Source: Basidiobolus meristosporus CBS 931.73 (taxonomy: Eukaryota > Fungi > Basidiobolomycota). Taken from it: a stretch of DNA of 64,000 bases. Under the pieces are notes generated by a model. The model saw only the letters and a list, made by a program, of their open reading frames with translations. It did not search any database and was not told the DNA's origin. Below are positions 13,016-24,137 of the stretch, in pieces; the first letter of the stretch is position 1, and each line of letters begins with the position of its first letter. A program made the position numbers and the translations under genes. The stretch covers positions 70,451 to 134,450 of the forward strand of contig MCFE01000196.1 of the NCBI GenBank assembly GCA_002104905.1, read 5' to 3'.

Positions 13016-15617
13016 TGGTTATGAATCAATAAATCTGTAATCTATAGCTGCTAAGACAGGTGGCCTTGATAATGACTCAAGCAATGTCAACATAGCATTT
13101 GCCTGTTCTTCATGCCATTCAAATTTCTGGTTTTTCTGTAATAACTGAGTCAGTGGCTTAGCAATTTGAGCATAGTTGTTGATCCAGATTCTGAATAGAC
13201 CAGTAAGTCCTAATAATTGTCTGACTTGATGAATATTCCTTGGTGGCTTCCAATTTAGTGCCAATGAAAGTTTTGCAGGATCAGGCAATCTCCCTTTTTT
13301 GGTAACAAGTTCACCTAGAATGATTGCTTTGTTGGAGCCAAACTTGCATTTGGCTCCGGATACAGTCAGACCAGAAGCTTGAAGTTTTTTCATGGCCCTT
13401 TCAGTAGTGCATATGTGATCATAAACATAACTTCTTACTTGAGGTAAGATATGCAATGTATCTTTTTCTCTGGACATATTCTTAACTGCAATGTCATCAA
13501 GAAATGGTCGGCATATTTCAGGGAAACAGTCATCCAAAACTCATATCATTGCACATTGTGGTGGTGTAGAGGTACTCCTGGGAGAAGCTACACAACTCAA
13601 GGTGTGTGAGATGTCTGATGGGTGCAATAACCTCTGTGTCTAAACTACTGATGTCTTTGTCAATATGTCACTATGGTTAAAGCTCCTGCTTCTCTAGCTT
13701 CCTAGGTGCTCCAAGTGTCTCCAAAGGCCTCTGTGAGTCTTGTGCACAACCCTGAAAAGCTTCTTGATGGCAGGTCTGAGTTGTACTGTTGAAGGCAGGT
13801 GCAGTGATCAACTGCTAATCAATAAGGTAGAAGTGTTACTGATATAAGGGATGATTTATTGATGAGGGATTGCTTTCCCTTAAATACTTTTCCTGATTGC
13901 CAAGTGATTACTAATGACAAGGTTCTAGAAGATTCTAGGCATCAGTGGAATTCTTGATGACATCACTATGAGCTAAAAATATGCCAAGAATGTCCTGGAA
14001 GGTTCTAAAGGGCACAGCACATCCAACCAATCATGAATCAGTAGTCTGAAACCTGTGCAACATAGAAATACCATATATGGTATTGGAATGGTAGGGATGG
14101 TAACACAGACCTAGGTCATGTGTCACAGGTACTGACATGGGTACTTGCCGTATGTAGATACATACACTGATCACAAAGCTGAATAACATCTGGGATAACT
14201 AATGCTAATAACTAATCAGGGTAAACATCATATGGGGATAATACTGTTAATATGGGCAAAAGAAGAATGGGATAATACTGATAAGATAATATATGGATAA
14301 GTATATCATAATGACTATATGATTAAACTTGTCTGTGGGAGGTATGTTTACCCTACCACAACATTGAGAATTTTGGACAGAGTTTGTCCATCCTTGAGAA
14401 ATTCTTGTCATCCTTATGAGTCCTATTGGTGTATCCATAGCCGTGAAATTTCTTGAGGTAGGATCCAGAAGTATTTGGTCATATCCTGAATAAAGATCCA
14501 ATGTTGTAATCAGAGGATATCCAGTAAATGACTCAATATACTCATGTTGTATTAGTGGTTGCATAGCATCTTTGATGGTGACCTTATTCAAATGCTGTAT
14601 GTCTTGTATAAACCATAGACTTCCATTTTTCTTCAATGGTGTAAACCAGGGATTGCAATAGGGTCCATAGCTATATTCAATGACTCCACTTTGAAATCTT
14701 GATTGTAGCATTTCAATTACTTTGTTCAGTAATCTTGAGGGAATAGGATATGATCTCAGTGCCCATGGTGTATGTTCAACGGTATGGATCTTAACCGGTG
14801 GAAATAGCTCTGTGGATAGACATCCTCTTTGTGCATCATTAAATGCAAAGACATTGTCATAGCATTGTAGCATAGTCAAGAGACTTTTCTCCTCAGTGGA
14901 AAGAGTAGTCCCAATAGCCAACTCCTTGAGCTTCTCTTCTGTGAGTCTGATTTTGTCATATTTGTGCAAAGGCTCCATTTGAGGATTGTCATGGGCAGAT
15001 GGTGAGATTCCAGTAGATACTGGCTTTGCTTTCAATGCAACTGGCTTATACTTGGTATTTGTCTTACTTGTGGTACATGGAATGAAGTGTTGATCATAAA
15101 ACAGAATATCCTTATGAACCTGTATGTTTTGTACTGGAATGGAGTCTGCATTTCTTGGATTATTCTTTTCTGCTGCACAAAAGGTTGCCCTTCTTTTTCA
15201 ATTGTCAGATGTGATTGTCAGCCATAAGCTTCCATCAGGTCTATTATCAGCTTGTAGAAGAGATTTTGACTCATATGGTTGTCCCAACAATACCTCAAAA
15301 GTGGGTCTATTGGCAACAATGAAAAAGGGAGAAGTAACCCTGATTCCTCCAATTTCAGTTGGTACAGAGTGACAAAGTCCAAGCATCTTCTCAGTTGCAC
15401 CTGTAGCAGTTCTCATATTCCAGTCAACTTCTGTCAATGGCAATTTGACTTTTTCAAAAGTCATAGTGGTGATAGCATTGATTTCTGATCCAGTATCAAA
15501 AACATATTCCACTTCAACATTGTTGATTGTAGCAGCATAGCTTCCTGTTGTAATAGAGTAAAAGGCTTTTTCCACTTCAAATTGTAGTTGTTCACTTGAT
15601 GGCGTAGTTGATGACTG
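13016..15617 (-). pseudogene. Gypsy pol (protease, RT, RT-RNaseH connection), split by an 804-bp insertion
   Basis: ORFs 15575-15198, 15035-14361 and 13537-13019. Removing 13557-14360 plus one ACAT restores VQNSQCAMI*VLDDCFPEICRPFLDD in frame. Confidence 0.85.
13557..14360. mobile_element. 804-bp solo-LTR-like element with 4-bp TSD (ACAT)
   Basis: Ends TGTGGTGG...CTACCACA; ACAT at 13553-13556 and 14361-14364. Homologous to 22381-23183. Confidence 0.88.
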
Positions 15618-17014
15618 TTATTGATAATTCTTCAGGATATCTTTGTTCATAGGCTTAACCATTTCTGGTAGTAGTTGACTGCAATTGTTGATGGCAGTGA
15701 ACATTTCCTGATTTGTAAGTTGTGGAAATGGAGATTTCCAGAATTTGTCAATAACTTTCTGTGTAATTGCAGTAGTGTCATACTTAGATTGAGATTGCAA
15801 GTGTTCTTTTTGGATTTTTGATGTTTCTGGCTGTACTGGGATTTCAACAATTGGCTGATTTCTTTTGTTGGTACACACTTTTTTAGGATTGGTCTCTGTA
15901 GAAGCATTCTTTCTCTTAACAATAAGGCTATTAAGCTCTTCAACTTCCTCTTTTTCCATTAGATATTCTTGGACCTGCCCTGATGGAACTGATATTGTGA
16001 GTACGTAACTTTCATTGCTTGGAATTTCTGCAGTCTTTTGGATTTGTATGAAATTTGATGTCTTGGTGCTTTTACTTGATTCTTCTTGAGCAAGTACATA
16101 GGACCTCATTCCACTATATCCTCTGTTGATAGGCAAGGGGTTTCCAGCAATATCACAGATCTTCCCATAACAATCAATCATAACCTTATGACTGTCAATA
16201 TCAATATTCAATATTTGACAACCATAACGGCTATGCTCAGCAGATTCACAGTACACACAATATTTGGTTTGCTGTGGATAATTACTGGTTGTTTTGGGAT
16301 TTTCTGGTCTTGCCTTGTTGATGCTTGATGATGCTACACTTTGAGAGTCCAACTTAAGCATCAGTTTTCCTAATGCATCAATTAATTCATTAACCTGATC
16401 ACTTTGTGGGCTACTTGTACAATGAAGAATTTGTTTAGCTGGAGCGGAAATCTTCATTTGAATATGAATGGAATCCATGACTTGTCTCCCTGATTGATAG
16501 TTTAACACCATTTGTTTAACATTGTCGTAGGAGCTTGTAGCCTGAACTTGGTGGCTAATGGCATTACGTATCACAGGAGTTATATTCATCAGAAAATAGC
16601 TTCTTTGATAAAATCTTGGAATTCCAATAGCTGCTTCAACATGCCTTCCTTTTGACTCATACTTTTGAATGTACTTCTGCAAGGGTTGGGTCTTGTCATA
16701 AGGCATTTCTAGCTCATTTGGTGTAACAAACTGTGCTTTCTTTTGGTACTCAGCTAAAATAGCTTGTTGAGCAGTGTCCCAGTTATAGTTAGCGCCAACA
16801 GATATCTTAAATGGATCCAAACTTTGTAAGAGTCTTGATACCTCAACTTCACAGAGAAAGGGAAATAACTGGATTTTGTTCTTGTGTGATAGCTCAAATG
16901 CTGCAGCTATACGTTAAACTCTTCTAGAAACTCAGTAACACTCTCAGGAGAGAATGTTACTGGAATGGCACCTTTAAAAGTGGCTATTAACACTGGGAGT
17001 GGTGTATTGGTCAT
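15618..17014 (-). pseudogene. Gypsy gag (about 465 codons, one frameshift near 16915)
   Basis: ATG at 17014 (MTNTPLPVL...). A one-base loss occurs at gagtttaacgtatag. The 400-aa open frame 16820-15618 carries a CxxC-x4-H-x4-C zinc motif. Confidence 0.8.
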
Positions 17015-17399
17015 TCTTGTAACATTTCTTGATGCTTGTATAGTGAAAGGTTCACACTACCCAGGTCCTCCACCAAATTCTTGTTATGTTGTATTATGAT
17101 TAGTTTGAGGCTTGATCTACAATGTAGAGGCTAATCAACAATATACAACAACTTCCATTATACTAATACTGAAATAGTTTATTGGGAGTTTGATATACCA
17201 ATAGAAGATATAACTTTCACTAATTTTCTCAATCTTAGGCTCAAAGTATACTGTAGGCAGTGTTTATCACTTCTACATCAATGTTCTGACCTTCTGTTGA
17301 CTAATTGGCTTATTTACTTTGATAGTAACTTTTCCTTATTTGGAAGTCACTTCCTTTTTTGAGAAAATATTTCCTAATATGGAAACTCTGAACTCCCCT

Positions 17400-17660
17400 T
17401 TAACCTAAAGGGGTGTGCTGTAGAAGTCTCTAAAGGGGTATTTAGACCTAAAGGGGTGTCTAAAGGGGTGTCTTTAGAGTAAAGGGGCTTCTTGTAGTGG
17501 TCTCTAAAGTGGACTTTGCACTAAAGGGGTGCCTAAAGGAGCTTCTTTAGAGTAAAGGGGTTTCATAAGGGGTCTCTAAAGGGGTCTCTAAAGGGGTCCT
17601 TAGACTAAGTCGGTGTCTAAAGGGTTGTCTTTAGAGTAAAGGGGTTTCTTAGAGGGAACT
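17400..17660 (+). repeat. G-rich degenerate tandem array (ctaaaggggt-type, ~12-bp units) inside the Gypsy LTR
   Basis: More than 10 copies of taaagggg-like units. The array is much shorter in the LTR copy at ~23440-23535. Confidence 0.85.
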
Positions 17661-18309
17661 TTTCCAACAGAAAAGTGGTAGTTTCTTGTAGAACTTAGAA
17701 TGGAATCTTGTGAGCTTTGCAGTCTCTTTACTGATGTAGTACCAATCAAAATCAGAATACTCAATAGTGCAAGTGATGAAGGGGAAGTCTTATAACCTTT
17801 AAACTTGTAATTGTAGTGTGGAGATTCTGGAAAGAGAGGCTCTCCTTTTATTTTTCAGCTGGGGAAGTCATATTTATGAATATTTTGAAGGATCAAAGTT
17901 TTTGCGCAATTGTGCAAGCAATACATGTGATACAAAGCTAAAATTTGCAGTGGTGCAGATTGGACATAGGCGCAGCACCTGTGAATAAATCACGTGACTT
18001 GATTGGCTGGTTCAAAAGTTACATGCAATCAAAGTCACCCTAGTAATCCTAGCAATAAGGCATAGTATATATAATAATTGGACTCTTTTGGTCATAATTC
18101 CTTAAGTACTGCTTCAAATGAGCTGTTATTTGAAATATGTGTTGGCTACTATGTGTTCTGTATGACATAATATTCTTGGGTGGATTGCTTGCCAGGGTCT
18201 GGAGCATTTGTCCTTCAAAGTTGGAAATTCTTGATCTTTCACTTGTGTGTTACAATAGCAAAAAGCAAGATAAAGAAATGAGTGAATATTGATTCAGAGA
18301 TATTGTAGT

Positions 18310-20330
18310 AATGGAATACTTTCCATTACCACAGAATGTACAGAAATCCACATGTAATTGCAGCAAAGTTGGCAAGCTATAATCCATTGGCCAGCATATG
18401 GAATTAATTGGAGACCAGAGATACTTAAGACAGTGGGTATTTAATGGAGCAAAAGCTTTCCACTGGGAGCAATGTATTTGCTTTCAACAATATTCCTATA
18501 CTGATGATATACTATTTGGTAAATTGGTATGGTAACATTATACAGCACTATCTATAGGCTGCCAACACTGCTGTGATAATGCTATCAGAGGCTCACAAAG
18601 ATGCTGTCATAACACCATCAAATATTTTGCTATATAAGGCAGTTGGATGTACTGGCTAGTTATATCCACTCAAATAGTTTTAAAGTGCATTAAGGCAGCA
18701 AAAATGCCATGCCACCCTTGGCAAAGCACCAAACAAACACCTTTATACTTTATCAACTTTATTTGGCTGTAAAATTAGCAAAATGCTGTTGTGATCCTAT
18801 CACAAGATTGTGTAGATGGTGATTAATTGCAAGCTGCTGGTATTGTAGCAGTCTCCTGACAGAATCTTGATGACTGATCCAGATTGGATCCACCTGCAAG
18901 ACCAAATTATTTTTCACAGGGTAATGCCAATTTGGCCAGTCTACAGCATTTATGCAAGGAGCTTGTGACAAGGTTTGAGCAGCGATACTTCAAGCATAAA
19001 GTTGCACACATAGATCATTCCCTATCCCATCTTGCTTAGTGTGTGGAGAATAAAGTGCAAGACTTCATCTTTTTGGATCTTCCTACAGAGCAGATTTCTG
19101 GGGAGATAATAAGATGAGTCAACTTACAAGTAATACCATATCCCAATCTCATCAAGAATAGACCCTTCAAGTCAATCATGGATGTGATGAGCTGGCACAT
19201 GGAGGACAGCCAGGAAGAGCTTGAAGATATTGAGGACTGATGCCCACAAGGATACACCTATGCCTTAGGCATTACAAAGCTAAGTAGTCCAATAAGTGGG
19301 TAGCTAATTAAGCAAGGCAAGGTTGAGTTGGGCACAACAAGCATTAGGACAACTTTGCCAAAGTATGCTGGGTTTCTACTGGATACAAACCAGCTTCTAC
19401 ATTGCTCAATATGGAACTTACGCAAATGAAAATCTTGGCACACCTATAAGAGGCTCTGAAATCCTGCCAGGGAGAAGGAATATATTTGGTAAATACTTAA
19501 AGGTATCTTACAGATATTCCTGAGGTACAAATAGCAAAGGCGGTGGCAACTAAGCATATGCTTGCAAGATGTATATGTTACCAGCAATTCAGGGTATATT
19601 GCAGCTTTGTGAGTATTACACTGAAAAGCCATGAAGTTGAGGTGATAGAGGCATGTCAATTGCAGTTGTTGTGCTCATATGTAGAGATTAGTAGGCAAGA
19701 GGCCATATTTTATTTGATTCCAACTCCTTCTGGAATACCCATGGTAGCAGTGGGTAAACAAAGAAAGCAGGGTGGTTTTATGGTGGAGTTTACAAGTGGC
19801 ATAAGGGGAGGTGAGAAGCAAACTATAATTTGGTAAACTGGTACCATAGCATTATGTAGGGTTAAGAATAGGTCAATATACAGCTGCAATAATGCCAAAA
19901 GTGGTCCATATTGATATCATTGCAACTCCATTAAGTTTATATTGGTATAAGCCATTTGCTTGTTTTGGCTGGTCAGGTCCACAAAAATAAATGCATTCCA
20001 TACTAAGACCATAGAAATTCTTTGAAAGTCCCACCAGCTGTGGATTTTGGGAGCAATGATAGGTGCACTAGAAGATTGCAGCACTGCCTCAGGAGCAGTG
20101 CTCAGGAAAACTCACTTGATTATTAGAAGGGTTTATTGCAAATTCTAGCAGATGAGATTCTAGATAATGCAGAGAAAGCTGAAGGCCAGAACATATAGAG
20201 GTTTGTGGATAAACAGTAGTATAAAGTCATTGGGCTCCTTCTGAGGCTTTCACAGATAACTAGTCATCTGGGCTCTATACAATCCGTTGGCAGTTTCCAA
20301 GAAATCAGCTGAATGATGATGCATTATTAA
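18310..20330 (-). pseudogene. Decayed CACTA/EnSpm (Tnp2-type) transposase, second copy
   Basis: Minus-strand relics AIDMPLSPQLHGFS (DxPA-x-x-K-x-x-GF-like), LMPLVNS and C-x-EPR. Many stops. Confidence 0.45.
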
Positions 20331-20376
20331 TTTATCTTATGCTCCTAACTACACCCAAACTGCTCTGACTTAATCC

Positions 20377-20725
20377 TGTTGTAAAAATTTGTATTTCCAC
20401 CTAAATATTCACCTAACTTAGTCACTTAGATCATCACCTTCAAATCCTAGAGAATACTGACCAAATTCCTTGTCGGCATTTATCAGAATATTTTCACCAA
20501 AATACAAGGTACCCAGAACATGAAAATTCTCAAAGTTGTCCAAACAGCCCCAAACTTTGCACACATGCTCTTGGGACCTTCCTTAACCTATTCTACATGT
20601 TTGTAATGCCAAGACCATGTAAAAGTATAAATTTCTACTTTTACATTCAATAAATCATTAAGTGAAAACCACTTAATCTACTTGTCCTCCCAATCACTTC
20701 CAATATCTCCAAGACTCTTACAACA
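20377..20725 (+). mobile_element. Copia solo LTR with 5-bp TSD AATCC
   Basis: aatcc-TGTTGTAA...CTTACAACA-aatcc. Confidence 0.92.
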
Positions 20726-21506
20726 AATCCAGCTTCATGGCATTTACAAGTTTGACTTGATTGTAACAGTATAAATAATGCTGACTGAACCTTTTGGTAC
20801 AGTGTGTGTCTCAGCAAGATTAAGATTTTACCTCAACAAAGTCAAGAATGCAACATTTCTGCTCTAGTTTCTACCCAAGCTTAGAATACTTAACACTCCA
20901 AAGAACATCAAGCCAAACCTGCATAGCAAACCCAGCTATATCCAAGACCTGTATTAGACTGAATTATTTTGCTGATATCTCCACCACTTCTGACAACTCT
21001 AAGATTGTGCATTTGATTGTCCCTTTGGTTCAGTTAAGCCATTGAAAAGCTTTATTGCACTTCTGGCATGGATAAAACACTCAAGTTATCCATTACTTTG
21101 CAAATGATTACAGAAACAAGGTTGTCTATATTAGGCATGTATGCAAAGCAGTACCTGTGACTCTTGACTTACATCATGCCACCATCCCCACCACTGGTAC
21201 ATCTTATATGGCTTCTCCATGTTACACAGATTTCATAGTACTGATCCCTAATTATATGGGTATGCTGTGCCTATTAAAGCTTTCAGTACCTTGTTAGAGT
21301 ATTGTTAGCTGATTGTTATGCTCTTGGGATTTCCACTTATCTCCAGTGTGTTTCTAGAGTGACTTTGTTAGATATCACTTTGCCAGTGAGAACTGTAGGC
21401 AAGGGAGACACTCCTACAACAAGAAATTTGCACCTAGAAAACTGTACTAACAGCTATCTTACTTTGGTGGCAGTGCTTGTGCGGTATACTCAGAATAGAC
21501 ATCTTT

Positions 21507-21983
21507 TGTTGCAAGTGTCTTGGAGATATTGGAAGTCATTAGGAGGACAATTAGACTCTGTGGTTTTCACCTATTGATTTATTGAATGTAAGAGTAGCAT
21601 TTATACTTTTGCTTGATTTTGGCATACCAAGCACATAGATAGGTTAAGGAAGATCCCAAGAGCATGTGTGCAAAGTTTGGGGCTGCTGGGACAACATTGA
21701 GAATTTTCATGTTCTTGGCACCTGGTATTTTGAGGAAAATACTCCAAGTAAATCCCAACAAGGAATTTGGTCAGTATTCTCTAGGATTTGAAGGTAATGA
21801 TCTAAGTTGCTAATTAGGTGACTATTTAGGTGGAATTACAAGCTCTTACTACACTCCCACTCAGCTAAATGTTCATAATGACTAGTCCTAATCTTGACCT
21901 AACATATTCAAGCTTGTCTCTAGCTAATGGCTTGGTATATATGTCTACAATCATTTGATCTAAAGGACAGTGAGCTAAACTAA
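21507..21983 (-). mobile_element. Copia 3' end fragment (RNase H C-terminus, PPT, 3' LTR 21507-21853)
   Basis: Minus strand reads DQMIVDIYTKPLARDKLEYVRSRLGL, then agctgagtgggag PPT and the LTR. Confidence 0.85.
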
Positions 21984-22038
21984 CTACAATATCTCTAAAC
22001 CAATATTGCACTCATTTCTTTATTTTGCTTTTTGCTAT

Positions 22039-23847
22039 TGTAACACACAAGTGAAAGATCAAGAATTTCCAACTTTGAAGGACAAATGCTCCAGACCCTG
22101 GCAAGCAATCCACCCAAGAATATTATGGCATACAGAACATGTAGTAGCCAACACATGCTTCAAGTTTCAGCTCATTTGAAGCAGTACTTAAGGAGTTATG
22201 ACCAAAAGAGTTCAATTATTATATATACTATGCTTATTGCTAGGATTACTATGGTGACTTTGATCACGTGTAACTTTTGAACCAGCCAATCAAATCACGT
22301 GATTTATTCACAGGTGCTGCGCCTATGTCCAATCTGCACCACTGCAAATTTTAGCTTTGTATCACGTGTATTGATTGCGCTGTGGTGGTGTATAGGTCCA
22401 AGGGAGAGATACGTCCAACACTTCTCAAGTGTTTTGTGTGTGGGGTATTCACTGGGAGCAATAATCTCTGGCAACAGCTTGCTAGGAATACTTGGGTTCT
22501 GTCTCTAATCTAATGTGAAGGGGAATAAAGCCACAAGCTTGTCAAGGGAAAACTATTGAGCTACAATCCCCAACTTAGTTGGTGTCTTATGGTCTGGGGT
22601 TGGAAGTGCAGGTAGCAGCAGGTAGCAGTGATCACACTAATCAACAAGTTGGTATATTGATAAAAGGGATGATGATTTATCGTTGAGGGATAGCCTCCCT
22701 TATACACTTTTCTCACTGGCTAAGTGATTACTAAGCATGGTATTCCAGAAGGTTCCAGATATCAATAGAAATATTAATGGCATCAGTATGACCTAAGAAT
22801 GTTCTGAGTAGGTGCCAGAAGGTTCTAAGAGGCACAGCACCTCCAACCAATCATGAATCAGTACTCTGAAACCTGTGTAACATAGGGATACCATATATGG
22901 TATGGAAATGGTAGGGATGGTGTCACAGGTTGATCATGTGTCACGGGTACTAGCATGGGTACCTGCCTAATATAGAAGCCCTTATAGCTAGTAATCTTAT
23001 ATAAAGTAAGGGGTAACTTATGCAATAAGGTAGGCAAGTGAGATAGTCAACTGGCTTATGGGATAGTACTGATTGGGTAAGACAAATGAGATAAAACTAA
23101 AATAAGTGTAGTAGAGATATAGGGAAGTAGAAAATGTGGGAATGAGCACATCTGTCAGTGGGTGTCACTGTCACCCTACTACAGCGCAATTGCCCAAAAA
23201 CTTTGATCCTTCAGAATTTTCATATATATGACTTCCCCAGCTGAAAAATAAAGAGAGAGCCTCTCTTTCCAGAATCTCCACACTACAATTACAAGTTTAA
23301 AGTTTATAAGACTTCCCCTGCATCACTTGCACTGTTGAGTATTCTGACTTTAATTAGTACTACATCAGTAAAGAGACTGCAAAGCTTACAAGAATCCAAT
23401 TTAAGTTCTACAAGCAACTACCACTTTTCTGTTGGAAAAGTCCCCTCTAAGAAACCCCTTTACTCTAAAGACACTCCTGTAGTCTAAAGACCCCTTTAGT
23501 GACTTCTACAACACACCCCTGTAGGTTAAGGGGGAGTTCAGAATTTCCATATTAGGAAATATTTTCTCAGAGAGGAAAGTGACTTCCAAATAAGGAAAAG
23601 TTATTATAAAAGTAAATAAGCCCATTAGTTGACAGAAGGTCAGAACACTGCTGTAGAAGTGATAAACACTGCCTATAGTATATTTTGAGCCTATGATTGA
23701 GGAAATTAGTGAAAGTTATATCTTCTATCAGTATATCAAACTCCCAATAAACTACTTCAGTATTAGCATACTGGAAGTTGTTGTATATTGTGGATTAGCC
23801 TCTACATTGCAGAACAAGCCCCAAACCAATCCTGATACAAGATAACA
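22039..23847 (+). mobile_element. Gypsy solo LTR (same family as 17082-18254, opposite orientation) with a nested 803-bp element
   Basis: Reverse complement of 17082-18254 once 22381-23183 is removed. Ends are tgtaaca...gataaca. Confidence 0.88.
22381..23183. mobile_element. 803-bp solo-LTR-like element with 4-bp TSD (GCGC)
   Basis: Ends TGTGGTGG...CTACTACA; GCGC at 22377-22380 and 23184-23187. The empty site is visible in the 17082-18254 LTR copy. Confidence 0.88.
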
Positions 23848-24137
23848 GAACTTGGTCAGTATTCATTAGGGTTTGAATGCAACAATCTAATTGGCCAAGC
23901 TAGGAGGATATTTAGGTGGAATCACAAATCTTACCACAGATTTTGGTCCCAAATGATGCTGAATGCAGCACCTACTTTTGCTTAGACATCCAAGTTAGCA
24001 ATTGTGACTTGACAGGTTTTCTTAAAAAGCTTAAGTCTTTATTCTTTTTCACATTAGAGTGGTAGGAAAACCTAAAAGTATGTATCAAGCTTTTGTCCAG
24101 GGTTATAGCACCAAGATAACATAGTATATGCCTATAC

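Larger units (their letters stand above)
12695..18254 (-). mobile_element. Ty3/Gypsy element (Ylt1-like gag-pol); ~1.17-kb 5' LTR, deleted RNaseH/integrase, truncated 3' LTR
   Basis: 17082-17402 is directly repeated at 12695-13015. A tggtggag PBS-like motif follows the LTR end. Contains gag with CVYCESAEHSRYGC, protease VFDTGSEIN, and RT (LDLYSGYDQI; PFLDD). Confidence 0.9.

Noticed and set aside
17400-17660. CRISPR array or telomeric repeat
   Set aside because: Degenerate short units with no unique spacers, internal to an LTR in a eukaryotic genome, and not a TTAGGG-type array.
23848-23860. PBS after the third Gypsy LTR copy
   Set aside because: gaacttggtcag belongs to an adjoining Copia LTR fragment, not to a Gypsy internal region.
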